From the NCBI GenBank assembly GCA_002104905.1, contig MCFE01000402.1:17283-81282 (forward strand): 64,000 bases of DNA. The letters are read 5' to 3'. Shown here in pieces: positions 25,715-36,995 of this stretch. The notes under the pieces were generated by a model. That model worked only from the letters and a program-made list of their open reading frames with translations. It was not told the DNA's origin and ran no database searches. Source of the DNA: Basidiobolus meristosporus CBS 931.73. Taxonomy: Eukaryota; Fungi; Basidiobolomycota. The translations under genes and the position numbers were made by a program. Within the stretch, counting starts at the first letter, position 1. Every line of letters starts with the position of its first letter.

Positions 25715-26371
25715 ATGATTTTCAAACCTTCCGTCCTTTACTCGCTACTGATGGCCACACTGGCCTATGGAGATCATGCGAAGTTCTTCAAGCCAGCTGA
25801 CAGTAGCAATATGGCTGTCGCTTCCGTGTCTGACCATGGATTCAGTCCAATCCGCTACACTGATCAAGGTGTCATCTTCCCCTACTACATGCTGGATGAA
25901 GATATCGAGATTACCCCAGAGGAGGCTCAGCTTCGTCGTCTGAAGATCGGGAGCATGGTGAAGCGTGCACCCCATCAGGAGTCCAAGAAGGTGTACAAGA
26001 AGGTGTACAAGAAGGTGACCAAGAAGGTGACCAAGAAACATAGCAAGAAACACCACAAGAAGCACCACAAGAAACACCACAAGGAGACTAAGCATAAGGT
26101 TGGAGAGAAGACCGATGTGGAGCCAGTGACTGAGCCAACCCACGGTGAGGGTGATGTCGATGCTCCTGTCAATGATGAGGCAGCCGAGGATGACTTGGAT
26201 ATTGCAGCTGACGAGGACAACGAGGATGACACTGACCCTGAGGAAGCCGAGCTCTGGGGTCGCTGGGGCCGTGGAAGGTGGGGACGCGGTCGGTGGGGAC
26301 GTGGCCGCTGGGGACGTGGGAGATGGGGCCGTGGCAGATGGGGACGGGGTAGATGGGGAAGAAGATGGTAA
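25715..26371 (+). CDS. Array copy 10, B-type, intact, expanded K/H segment
   Basis: Full precursor ORF starting MIFKPSV. Confidence 0.9.
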   Translation: MIFKPSVLYSLLMATLAYGDHAKFFKPADSSNMAVASVSDHGFSPIRYTDQGVIFPYYMLDEDIEITPEEAQLRRLKIGSMVKRAPHQESKKVYKKVYKKVTKKVTKKHSKKHHKKHHKKHHKETKHKVGEKTDVEPVTEPTHGEGDVDAPVNDEAAEDDLDIAADEDNEDDTDPEEAELWGRWGRGRWGRGRWGRGRWGRGRWGRGRWGRGRWGRRW

Positions 26372-26956
26372 ACCCTTGGTGGCTCCCACCACATCCTCAA
26401 TACCGAAGCAACAGCAAGACTTCTAATTCATGTATTGATATGATTAGGCAGTGCTCATTCCAGCCAATCATCATACAATAAATCAATTTTAGGAGTGATC
26501 ACACCCACTGTTTTTTCGATTTAGATTTATCACACATGGTATCATGATATGAAAAAGATTGGGTACCTCTGGACTAAAAAGCAGCCTACCCACATCTTGC
26601 TCACGAGATATTGATGAAAGAAGTATAATCGTAAGGCTAGTAGTCAAGCATTCTTAAGGGCGTTTACCGTTCTGGTCGGTTTCTGAGTGTAATCTGTATA
26701 AGCAGTGGACACTGGTACTACTAATTAGGCTTATTAGGCTGTGGGCGCATATCCCAGAGTAAGACTTCAACGGTTAAAAAGTTTGAAGTCGAACAAGCAA
26801 TATAATAAGGCCGAATCAATATAGGAAGCTCCATGAGCCAAATATAGTATTGGAGGGGCTCTTATGCATAAAAACAGCGCTTTTGCTATCTCGAGAATCA
26901 TACTAGAGCTTTCCAAAGTAGCTGTAAACCACTCTAGCAACACCTACAACTCGAAG

Positions 26957-27553
26957 ATGATTTTCAAGCCTTCAGTTCTTTGCTCGCTACTAATGGCCAC
27001 CCTGGCCTATGGAGATCATACGAAGTTCTTCAAGCCAGCTGACAGTAGCAATATGGCCGTCGCTTCCGTGTCTGACCACGGATTCAGTCCAATCCGCTAC
27101 ACTGATCAAGGTGTCATCTTCCCCTACTACATGCTGGATGAAGACATTGAGATTACCCCAGAGGAGGCTCAACTTCGTCGTCTGAAGATCGGGAGCATGG
27201 TGAAGCGTGCACCCCATCACAAGTACAAGAAGGTGACCAAGAAACATAGCAAGAAACACCACAAGAAGACTGAGCATAAGGTTGGAGAGAAGACCGATGT
27301 GGAGCCAGTGACAGAACCAACCACAGGTGAGGTTGATGTCGATGCTCCTGTCAATGATGAGGCAGCGGAGGCTGACCCGGATATTGCATCAGACGAGGAC
27401 AACGAGGATGACACTGACCCTGAGGAAGCCGAGCTCTGGGGTCGCTGGGGCCGTGGAAGGTGGGGACGCGGTCGGTGGGGACGTGGCCGCTGGGGACGCG
27501 GGAGATGGGGTCGTGGTAGATGGGGGCGGGGTAGGTGGGGAAGAAGATGGTAA
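26957..27553 (+). CDS. Array copy 11, B-type, intact
   Basis: Full precursor ORF starting MIFKPSV. Confidence 0.9.
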   Translation: MIFKPSVLCSLLMATLAYGDHTKFFKPADSSNMAVASVSDHGFSPIRYTDQGVIFPYYMLDEDIEITPEEAQLRRLKIGSMVKRAPHHKYKKVTKKHSKKHHKKTEHKVGEKTDVEPVTEPTTGEVDVDAPVNDEAAEADPDIASDEDNEDDTDPEEAELWGRWGRGRWGRGRWGRGRWGRGRWGRGRWGRGRWGRRW

Positions 27554-28126
27554 ATCCATAGTGGATCCAACCATATCCTCAATACCGAATCAACTGCGAG
27601 ACTTCTAGTTTATGTACTGATATGATTAGGCAGTGTTCATTCCAGCCAATCATTATACAATAAATCAAATTTAGCAGTGATCAAGTTCATTATTGTTTCA
27701 TTTTCGATTTATCACACATGGTATTTTGATCTGGAAAACTGGGGTACTTTTGGCTAGAAAGCAGTTCAGCCTCTCCTCACTTTCGAGATAACAATGCAAG
27801 GAGGGCTTTAAAGTGCCTAGTCTATGAGCTATCTAGAGTACACTAAGAGAGGTGTCTGTCTGTGTTTATGATACATGTGACATGTACTGACTGAGCCAAT
27901 GCTTCCTAAGGTGTTTGCACATGATCAAGAGTAAAATTTAACGGATGAAGAGTTTGATGTCGAAGAAGCAACATAATATAGTCAAGCCAATATAGGTAGC
28001 TCAAAGAGTAAAGTCTAATATTGGAAAGCTCTTATGCATAAAAGGGTCCAGTGCGCGCCTTCAAGAATCATACTAGAGCTTTCCAAAGTAGCTGTAAACC
28101 ACTCTAGCAACACCTACTACTCGAAG

Positions 28127-28723
28127 ATGCTTTTCAAACCTTCCGTTCTTTGCTCGCTACTGATGGCCACCCTGGCCTATGGCGATCATGCGAAGTTTTT
28201 CAAGCCGGCTGACAGTAGCAGTGTGGCCGTCGCTTCCATATCCGACCACGGATTCAGTCCAATCCGCTACACTGATCAAGGTGTCATCTTCCCCTACTAC
28301 ATGCTGGATGAAGACATCGAGATTACTCCAGAGGAGGCTCAACTTCGTCGTCTGAAGATCGGCAGCATGGTGAAGCGTGCACCCCATCACAAGTACAAGA
28401 AGGTGACCAAGAAACATAGCAAGAAACACCACAAGAAGACTGAGCATAAGGTTGGAGAGAAGACCGATGTGGAGCCAATAATTGAACCAACCACCGGAGA
28501 GGTCGATGTCGATTCTCCTGTCAATGATGAGGCGGCGGTGGATGACCCGGATATTGCAGCTGACGAAGACAACGAGGATGACACTGACCCTGAGGAAGCC
28601 GAGCTCTGGGGTCGCTGGGGCCGTGGAAGGTGGGGACGCGGTCGGTGGGGACGTGGGAGATGGGGCCGTGGGAGATGGGGCCGTGGCAGATGGGGACGGG
28701 GTAGATGGGGAAGAAGATGGTAA
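28127..28723 (+). CDS. Array copy 12, B-type, intact
   Basis: Full precursor ORF starting MLFKPSV. Confidence 0.9.
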   Translation: MLFKPSVLCSLLMATLAYGDHAKFFKPADSSSVAVASISDHGFSPIRYTDQGVIFPYYMLDEDIEITPEEAQLRRLKIGSMVKRAPHHKYKKVTKKHSKKHHKKTEHKVGEKTDVEPIIEPTTGEVDVDSPVNDEAAVDDPDIAADEDNEDDTDPEEAELWGRWGRGRWGRGRWGRGRWGRGRWGRGRWGRGRWGRRW

Positions 28724-29307
28724 ACCCTAGGTGGCTCCCACCACATCCTCAATACCGAAGCAACAGCAAGACTTCTAGTTCATGTATTGATATGATTAGG
28801 CAGTGCGCATCCCAGCCAATCATTATACAATAAATCAATTTTAGGAGTGATCACACCCACTATTGTGTCATTTTAGATTTATCACACATGGTATCATGAT
28901 ATGAAAGAGATTGGGTACCTCTGGACAAATAAGCAGCTCACTCACATCTTGATCACGAGATATTGATGAAAGAAGTATAATCGTAAGGCTAGTAGTCAAA
29001 GATTCTTGAGGGCGTTTGCCGTTCTGGTCGCTCCCTGAGTGTGATCTGTATTAGCAATGGACACTGATAATACTAATTAGGCTCATTGGGCAGTGGGCCC
29101 ATATCCAAGAGTAAGACTTCAACGGGTGAAAAGTTAAAATTCATACAAGCATTATGATAAGGTTGACTCAATATAGGTAGCTCCATGAGCTATATCTACT
29201 CTTGGGGGGCTCTTATGCATAAAAATAGCGCCTTTGCTATCTCGAGAATCATACTAGAGCTTTCCAAAGTAGCTGTAAACCACTCTAGCAACAACTACCA
29301 CTCGAGG

Positions 29308-29904
29308 ATGCTTTTCAAACCTTCCGTCCTTTACTCGCTACTGCTGGCCACCCTGGCCTATGGAGATCATACGAAGTTCTTCAAGCCAGCTGACAGTAGC
29401 ATTATGGCCGTCGCTTCCGTGTCTGACCACGGATTCAGTCCAATCCGCTACACTGATCAAGGTGTCATCTTCCCCTACTACATGCTGGATGAAGACATCG
29501 AGATTACCCCAGAGGAGGCTCAGCTTCGTCGTCTGAAGATCGGGAGCATGGTGAAGCGTGCACCCCATCACAAGTACAAGAAGGTGACCAAGAAACATAG
29601 CAAGAAGCACCACAAGAAGACTGAGCATAAGGTTGGAGAGAAGACCGATGTGGAGCCAATGACTGAGCCAACCCACGGTGAGGGCGATGTCGATGCTCCT
29701 GTCAATGATGAGGCAGCGGTGGATGACCCAGATGTTGCAACTGACGAAGACAACGAGGATGACACTGACCCTGAGGAAGCCGAGCTCTGGGGTCGCTGGG
29801 GCCGTGGAAGGTGGGGACGCGGTCGGTGGGGACGAGGCCGCTGGGGACGTGGGAGATGGGGCCGTGGCAGATGGGGACGGGGTAGATGGGGAAGAAGATG
29901 GTAA
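29308..29904 (+). CDS. Array copy 13, B-type, intact
   Basis: Full precursor ORF starting MLFKPSV. Confidence 0.9.
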   Translation: MLFKPSVLYSLLLATLAYGDHTKFFKPADSSIMAVASVSDHGFSPIRYTDQGVIFPYYMLDEDIEITPEEAQLRRLKIGSMVKRAPHHKYKKVTKKHSKKHHKKTEHKVGEKTDVEPMTEPTHGEGDVDAPVNDEAAVDDPDVATDEDNEDDTDPEEAELWGRWGRGRWGRGRWGRGRWGRGRWGRGRWGRGRWGRRW

Positions 29905-30488
29905 ATCCTAGGTGGCTCCCACCACATCCTCAATACCGAAGCAACAGCAAGACTTCTAGTTCATGTATTGATATTATTAGGCAGTGCTCATTGCAGCCAA
30001 TTATCATGCAATAAATCAAATTTAGGCGTGATTACAAACACTATTGTTTCATTTGCGATTTATCACAAATGGTATTGTGATCTGACAAAACTCGGGTAAC
30101 TCTAGTCTAATAAGCAGCCTGTCCACGTCTTGCTCACGAGATATTGTTGTAAGACTTACTATCGATAGACCAGTCTACAAGCTACCTTGAGGGCGTTTTC
30201 AGTACTATTCAGTCAATGAGTGTTATCTGTATTAGCAGTGGACACTGATAACACTAATTAGGCTCATTAGGCTGCGAGTGCATAGCCAAGAGTAAGACTT
30301 CAACGGGTGAAGTATTTGAAGCAGATCAAGCAATATAATAAGGTCAACTCAATATAGGTAGCTCCATGAGCTATATCTACTCTTGGGGGGCTCTTATGCA
30401 TAAAAACAGCGCCTTTGCTATCTCGAGAATGATACTAGAGCTTTCCAAAGTAGCTGTAAATCACTCTAGCAACAACTACCACTCGAAG

Positions 30489-31070
30489 ATGCTTTTCAAA
30501 CCTTCCGTTCTTTGCTCGCTACTGCTGGCCACCCTAGCCTATGGAGATCACGCGAAGTTCTTTAAGCCAGCTGCCAGTAGCAGTGTGGCCGTCGCTTCCG
30601 TGTCTGACCACGGATTCAGTCCAATCCGCTACACTGATCAAGGTGTCATCTTCCCCTACTACATGCTGGATGAAGATATCGAGATTACCCCAGAGGAGGC
30701 TCAGCTTCGTCGTCTGAAGATCGGGAGTATGGTGAAGCGGGCGCCCCATCACAAGTACAAGAAGGTGACCAAGAAGCATAGCAAGAAGCATCACAAGAAG
30801 ACCGAGCATGAGGTTGGAGAGAAGACGGATATGGAGCCAATGACTGAACCAACCACCGGTGAGGTTGATGTCGATGCTCCTGTCAATGATGAGGCAGCCG
30901 AGGATGACTTGGATATTGCAGCTGACGAAGACAACGAGGATGACACTGACCCTGAGGAAGCCGAGCTCTGGGGTCGCTGGGGCCGTGGAAGGTGGGGACG
31001 CGGTCGGTGGGGCCGTGCGAGATGGGGCCGTGGCAGATGGGGACGAGGTAGATGGGGAAGAAGATGGTAA
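30489..31070 (+). CDS. Array copy 14, B-type, intact (33-aa core with one G-to-A change)
   Basis: Core WGRWGRGRWGRGRWGRARWGRGRWGRGRWGRRW. Confidence 0.9.
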   Translation: MLFKPSVLCSLLLATLAYGDHAKFFKPAASSSVAVASVSDHGFSPIRYTDQGVIFPYYMLDEDIEITPEEAQLRRLKIGSMVKRAPHHKYKKVTKKHSKKHHKKTEHEVGEKTDMEPMTEPTTGEVDVDAPVNDEAAEDDLDIAADEDNEDDTDPEEAELWGRWGRGRWGRGRWGRARWGRGRWGRGRWGRRW

Positions 31071-31633
31071 ATCCGAAATGGATTCAATCAAGTCCTCAAA
31101 ATTCTTGCCACAAGAACAGTTCTGGTACATGTATTGATATGATTAGGCAGTGCTCACCTTTGCCAACCATTATACAATAAAGTAGATTTTAGGAGTGACT
31201 GTTCCTCTCGATGATTCGTAACGATCATTTCAGGAATTATGACCTGTCATGCTTTCTGTATCGCAGAATGGGTTAGCAATAATCTCCAGTGTATAAACAT
31301 GTCAATTCGCTTCATTCATTTGGTAAGGTGATACAGTATCATAATAGTGTTTGTTATCTATGTTGGTAATCGCGTGTCTGACATCTATTCCATGGAATAT
31401 TAGATCATTTTAAAAAATATCGACCTGTGTTGGTGGCCTTTTAAGTCGCGAATGATTTTGTGGTTTCTGAATTTGATGTGGCTTACGAGGTTAGATTTGA
31501 AAGAACGATATAATAAGGTGATGCTAGCATTTAGTTCTCAATGAGCTTATTTTGGTGCTAGAATTTGCTCATGAAAGCACCACATCTGTTCTCCCAAGAA
31601 GCAGATCTGAATTTTTTCAAGAGAAACGGAAAT

Positions 31634-32195
31634 ATGCAAACCTTCAATTCTCTGCCCCCTATTGATGGCAACTCTGGCTTATGGAGACCACTTGAAATTT
31701 ATCAAGCCTTCCGCTAGTAATAATGCGGCCATTGCCTCCGTGTCCAACCGCGAATTCAACCCATTCCACAACACTGGCCATGGCGTCCTCATTCCTAACT
31801 ACCTGATCAATAGGGAGATTGAACTCGCACCAGAAGAAGTCCGCCTGCGTCGCTTGAATATTGGTGCATTGATTGAGAGCATACTCTCACTGAAAGCCTT
31901 GGGGTTCCCAAATGAGTTTGAGTTCAAGGGTGCAAGATTCATTAGCTTCGAGCCAACCGGTATATTCGACACAGGCGAGACTGGCATGAAATATGACACT
32001 ACCAGTGATGAGGCAGTTGAAGATAACCCCGATATTACCGCTGATGATGAGGATGAGGATGAAGATGCCACTGACCCAGAAGAGGCCGAGCTATGGGGCA
32101 GGTTTGGTGGCTGTGGACGTTGGAGACGAGGAAGATGGGGCCGTGGCAGGTGGCGTCGCGGCCGCTGGGGACGTCGTAGATGGGGAAGATGGTAG
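31634..32195 (+). pseudogene. Array copy 15, A-type; start of the signal peptide disrupted
   Basis: ATG at 31634 (atgcaaacct versus atgcttttcaaacct, ~5-nt loss) is out of frame with KPSILCPLLMATLAYGD. The next in-frame ATG (31665) lacks the hydrophobic core. Core WGRFGGCGRWRR.... Confidence 0.65.
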
Positions 32196-32889
32196 ACTGC
32201 AGTGTGCCTCATTCTTTGCTCTAGTGGTGGATAAGGCCTAGAATGATATGTGAAATGTAACGTTGGTAACAACTACTTTCATAAAGCCTACGACTATAAA
32301 GAAGACAATAAAATTCTCTATTCCACAATATCTTGGTTACATTATACAGCTTTTGATGAGGTCTTAAATATCTAAACAGATTCCACTTTACATCCAATCC
32401 AAAGAACATGTTGATTACTGTATATAAATATAACGGTCACGCAATAGCAACAGTAATTAATGAGGATGAACAGCTTGAAATCGAGAGATCAACCGTGGTA
32501 ATACAGTATGTGAAATTCTCGTGTCATCATCTGCATTCGCAATACAAAAATAAACGGGTTGCTAACGAGGGCGAGAGTAAAACGATTGAAGGACTGGGTA
32601 GTATCTAATTAAAATTGGATGGCAGATAACGGTGGTGTGAAGTATTCAAATAACTAACGATGGATCGAACTCTATTCCAAATGAGAATACTCGCTATGCT
32701 TCCTATTTGCTGCACCATACATCGCGAAGTATAGAGCTATAAATGGGCGAAGAGCAAAATAGAGATATATTAAAGTGAACGAAATGAACTCGAGTCTAAA
32801 TAAGTAACTAGATGGCGATAAAAAACATTAAATCCGCATCCGAAAAATCGTTATTCGACAACAACGCCTAATTACCCAATCGCAAAATA

Positions 32890-33459
32890 ATGATGTTTCT
32901 CAAGTCTTCCGTTTTCTCCTCGTTCCTAATGGTCACTTTAGCTTACGGGGACCGTTCAATATTCTTCAAGCCAGCGACCAGCAACAATGCGGCCATTGCC
33001 TCCGTGTCCAACCGCGAATTCAACCCATTCCACAACACTGGCCATGGCATCCTCATTCCAAACTACCTGATAAATCGAGAGGTTGAGCTCGCACCAGAAG
33101 AAATCCGTCGACGCCACCTGAATATTGGTGCATTGGTTGATCGCTTACTCTCGCTGAAGACCTTGGGGTTCGCAAACGAGTTTGAGTTCAAGAGGGCGAG
33201 ATTCATTGACTTGGAGCCAGCCCATGAATTTGTCACCAAGAACACCGACATGAAGTATGGCACTACAAGTGATGAAGCAGTGAATGACAACTCCGACATT
33301 ACTTCTGATAATGAGGATGAAGATGACGAGGACACCAACCCAGAGGAAGCTGAGCTATGGGGAAGATTTGGTGGTCGTAGACGTTGGGGGCGTGGCAGAT
33401 GGGGTCGCGGAAGGTGGGGACGCGGTCGCTGGGGACGTGGAAGATGGGGAAGATGGTAG
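32890..33459 (+). CDS. Array copy 16, A-type, intact
   Basis: Signal MMFLKSSVFSSFLMVTLAYG; core WGRFGGRRRW(GRGRW)4GRW. Confidence 0.88.
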   Translation: MMFLKSSVFSSFLMVTLAYGDRSIFFKPATSNNAAIASVSNREFNPFHNTGHGILIPNYLINREVELAPEEIRRRHLNIGALVDRLLSLKTLGFANEFEFKRARFIDLEPAHEFVTKNTDMKYGTTSDEAVNDNSDITSDNEDEDDEDTNPEEAELWGRFGGRRRWGRGRWGRGRWGRGRWGRGRWGRW

Positions 33460-34093
33460 ACTGCAATATGCCGCATTCTTCGCTTCACTTACGGAGATAC
33501 TTCCTGGGATGGCATCTGAAAAATACCTCAGTTGTATTTTCAAGTAATGATTGAACCGGTCATGCTAAATAAAGACTTCTCATCTATGCAACAGTTCCTT
33601 CATTTTGTTATCTGAATATTCTAACAGATGCTCTAGACAAGTTTGGCTACAACAGCATGCCTCAATGTCAATTCCATGTGTATTGGTCAATGCGAAGCCT
33701 TCTTCCCCATAATTGCCTCTGATGTCGTCATGATGAATATGCTATAGCTAAAATGCCGACTTGCGAGTCAGGTACTAGCTATGTATTCTGCAGCTCTCTG
33801 GAGTTTCCAGCAGCAGAATATTCACTTGCGGTATACAAATTTCCAAGAAATACATTCACTTAGCCGACTATATGTAGTCTACTCAAGCTTGACACCCGAT
33901 CCATTTATTATTTGTTGTGTTAGTTACGTCGATGCTCCAAAGGCAATGAGTTTAATAAAGCATGCCTGGATTGGGTGAATTGAATGATAATGAGTCTAAC
34001 TAAGCAATTCAACCAGAATAAAAGCGCATCAAAGAGTCTCCAAAAACTCAGACTTGAGCTCTCCAAAGCAACTACACCTAAAAGTACCCGAAG

Positions 34094-34660
34094 ATGTTTC
34101 CTAAAATTGCCATTGTCGGTTCGCTCTTGATGGCCACCCTGGCCTATGGCGACCATTTTAAGTTCTTCAAGCCAGCGACCAGCAACAATGCGGCCATTAC
34201 CTCCGTGTCCAACCACGAATTCAACCCATTCCACAACACTGGCCATGGCATCCTCATTCCAAACTACCTGATAAATCGAGAGGTTGAGCTCGCACCAGAA
34301 GAAATCCGTCGACGCCACCTGAATATTGGTGCATTGATTGATCGCTTACTCTCGCTGAAGACCTTGGGGTTCGCAAACGAGTTTGAGTTCAAGAGGGCAA
34401 GATTCATTGACTTGGAACCAGCCCATGAGTTTGTCACCAAGAACACCGACATGAAGTATGGCACTACAAGTGATGAAGCAGTGAACGACAACTCTGACAT
34501 GACTTCTGACAATGTGGATGAAGATGACGAGGACACCAACCCAGAGGAAGCTGAGCTATGGGGAAGATTTGGTGGTCGTAGACGTTGGGGACGTGGTAGA
34601 TGGGGTCGTGGACGATGGGGACGCGGTCGCTGGGGACGTGGTAGATGGGGAAGATGGTAA
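34094..34660 (+). CDS. Array copy 17, A-type, intact
   Basis: 188-aa precursor ORF. Confidence 0.9.
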   Translation: MFPKIAIVGSLLMATLAYGDHFKFFKPATSNNAAITSVSNHEFNPFHNTGHGILIPNYLINREVELAPEEIRRRHLNIGALIDRLLSLKTLGFANEFEFKRARFIDLEPAHEFVTKNTDMKYGTTSDEAVNDNSDMTSDNVDEDDEDTNPEEAELWGRFGGRRRWGRGRWGRGRWGRGRWGRGRWGRW

Positions 34661-35230
34661 ACTACAGTGAATTTCACAATTTGCTCACAAGTCTGGATCA
34701 TCACCAAGATTAGGCCTAATAAATGCCTAGAGCGATATGTGAAATGTAACATTAGCACTAACCGCTTTAATAAAGCCTACAACAATTGTAAGACACTCAA
34801 ATTCACTATCCTACCATTTCATAGCAGTAATATACAGCTTTCAGCAAGACCGCAAATGTTAAAGCAGTATTCACCTGCAGATGACTGCCAAAGAATCACT
34901 TATCCCTACTATGCCTACTCATTAGGTAGTACTCTGGAGTTTTCTGGTAACAGAATAGCCACTTGCAACATTCAAAGGATCGTGAACTAATTCACTTTGC
35001 TGGCTACTTATTAGGCTACTCAAGCTTAGTGACCGATCTATATCCTATTTGTTGCGTTTATTATCCCAGCATTTTGATGACGGTGAGTATAATAAACCAT
35101 ATCTGAATTGAGTGAATTGAATGATAATGAGTCTAACTAAGCAATTCAACCAGAATAAAAGCGCATCAAAGAGTCTCCAAAAACTCAGACTTGAGCTCTC
35201 CAAAGCAACTACACCCAAAAGTACCCGAAG

Positions 35231-35797
35231 ATGTTTCCTAAAATTGCCATTGTCGGTTCGCTCTTGATGGCCACCCTGGCCTATGGTGACCATTTGAAGT
35301 TCGTTAAGCCAGCAACCAGCAACAATGCAGCCATTGCCTCCGTGTCCAACCACGAATTCAACCCATTCCACAACACTGGCCATGGCATCCTCATTCCAAA
35401 CTACCTGATAAATCGAGAGGTTGAGCTCGCACCAGAAGAAATCCGTCGACGCCACCTGAATATTGGTGCATTGATTGATCGCTTACTCTCGCTGAAGACC
35501 TTGGGGTTCGCAAACGAGTTTGAGTTCAAGAGGGCGAGATTCATTGACTTGGAGCCAGCCCATGAGTTTGTCACCAAGAACACCGACATGAAGTATGGCA
35601 CTACAAGTGATGAAGCAGTGAACGACAACTCTGACATGACTTCTGACAATGTGGATGAAGATGACGAGGACACCAACCCAGAGGAAGCTGAGCTATGGGG
35701 AAGATTTGGTGGTCGTAGACGTTGGGGACGTGGCAGATGGGGTCGCGGAAGGTGGGGACGCGGTCGCTGGGGACGTGGTAGATGGGGAAGATGGTAG
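35231..35797 (+). CDS. Array copy 18, A-type, intact
   Basis: 188-aa precursor ORF, nearly identical to copy 17. Confidence 0.9.
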   Translation: MFPKIAIVGSLLMATLAYGDHLKFVKPATSNNAAIASVSNHEFNPFHNTGHGILIPNYLINREVELAPEEIRRRHLNIGALIDRLLSLKTLGFANEFEFKRARFIDLEPAHEFVTKNTDMKYGTTSDEAVNDNSDMTSDNVDEDDEDTNPEEAELWGRFGGRRRWGRGRWGRGRWGRGRWGRGRWGRW

Positions 35798-36428
35798 ACT
35801 GCAATGTGCTTCGTTCTTTGCCCCAATGGTGCAAACAATTTCTTGGATGGCAGCTAAAGAACGCCTGTGTTATATTTTCAAGCAAAGATTGATCCAGTTG
35901 TACTAAATAAAGACTATTCATCAACGCAACAGTACAATCATTGTTATTTGAAGATTTCAATAAATGTTCTTGATATAAAAGACACCTCAATGGTAACTCG
36001 ATATACAATATTCAACATAAGACCTTTCTCCTTATGAGTACCTTAAATGCTATAGTAATATATATGTGACTACAAAGCCTATCCGTGAAACTACAAAAAA
36101 TTTACTCTCCCGGTTGTACTCCAAGATTTACCAGCAGCTCAACGTTTGCTTGCGACATTTAAATGACTGAGATATCGATGCATTTACCTGATTACTCGTT
36201 TGTCTACTCAATCTTGGTATTCAATCTATTTCTTACTTCCTGTGCTTACTTTCCCTACGCCTTGAATACGATGAGTATAATAAGGCATATATGAGTTGAG
36301 AGAGCTGACTGATAACGAGTCTAACTAATCAAATCAGTCAGAATAAAAGCACACCAAAGAGTCTCAAAAAATTCAGATTTGAGCTCTCGAAAGCAAGTGC
36401 AAGTACCTCAACTGACAAGTTACTAAGA

Positions 36429-36995
36429 ATGTTTCCTAATATTTCTATTGCCTGCACAATACTGATGGCCACCCTGGCCTATGGCGACCATTTTAAGTTC
36501 TTCAAGCCAGCGACCAGCAACAATGCGGCTATTGCCTCCGTGTCCAACCACGGATTCAACCCATTCCACAACACTGGCCATGGCATCCTCATTCCTAACT
36601 ACCTGATCAATAGAGAGATTGAACTCGCACCAGAAGAAGTCCGCCTGCGTCGCTTGAATATTGGTGCATTGATTGATCGCTTACTCTCGCTGAAGACCTT
36701 GGGGTTCCCGGATGAATTTGAGTTCAAGGGGGTAAGATTCATTGACTTGGAGCCAGCCCATGAGTTTGTCACCAAGAACACCGACATGAAGTATGGCACT
36801 ACAAGTGACGAGGCAGTGAATGACAACTCCGACATTACTTCAGATAATGAGGATGAAGATGACGAGGACACCAACCCAGAGGAAGCTGAGCTATGGGGAA
36901 GATTTGGCGGTCGTAGACGTTGGGGGCGTGGCAGATGGGGTCGCGGAAGGTGGGGACGCGGTCGCTGGGGACGTGGTAGATGGGGGAGATGGTAG
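36429..36995 (+). CDS. Array copy 19, A-type, intact
   Basis: 188-aa precursor ORF; signal MFPNISIACTILMATLAYG. Confidence 0.9.
   Translation: MFPNISIACTILMATLAYGDHFKFFKPATSNNAAIASVSNHGFNPFHNTGHGILIPNYLINREIELAPEEVRLRRLNIGALIDRLLSLKTLGFPDEFEFKGVRFIDLEPAHEFVTKNTDMKYGTTSDEAVNDNSDITSDNEDEDDEDTNPEEAELWGRFGGRRRWGRGRWGRGRWGRGRWGRGRWGRW

Noticed and set aside
20920-30488. Longer N-terminal extensions (MHKNSAFA.../MHKRVQCA.../MSYIYSWG...) on B-type ORFs in the ORF track
   Set aside because: The upstream ATG overlaps the ATAAAA TATA-like box and the extension would bury the signal peptide. The A and C types start at the position equivalent to M(I/L)FKPS.
32408-32608. 66-aa ORF in the spacer between copies 15 and 16
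   Set aside because: No recognisable motif, no family similarity and no splice support.
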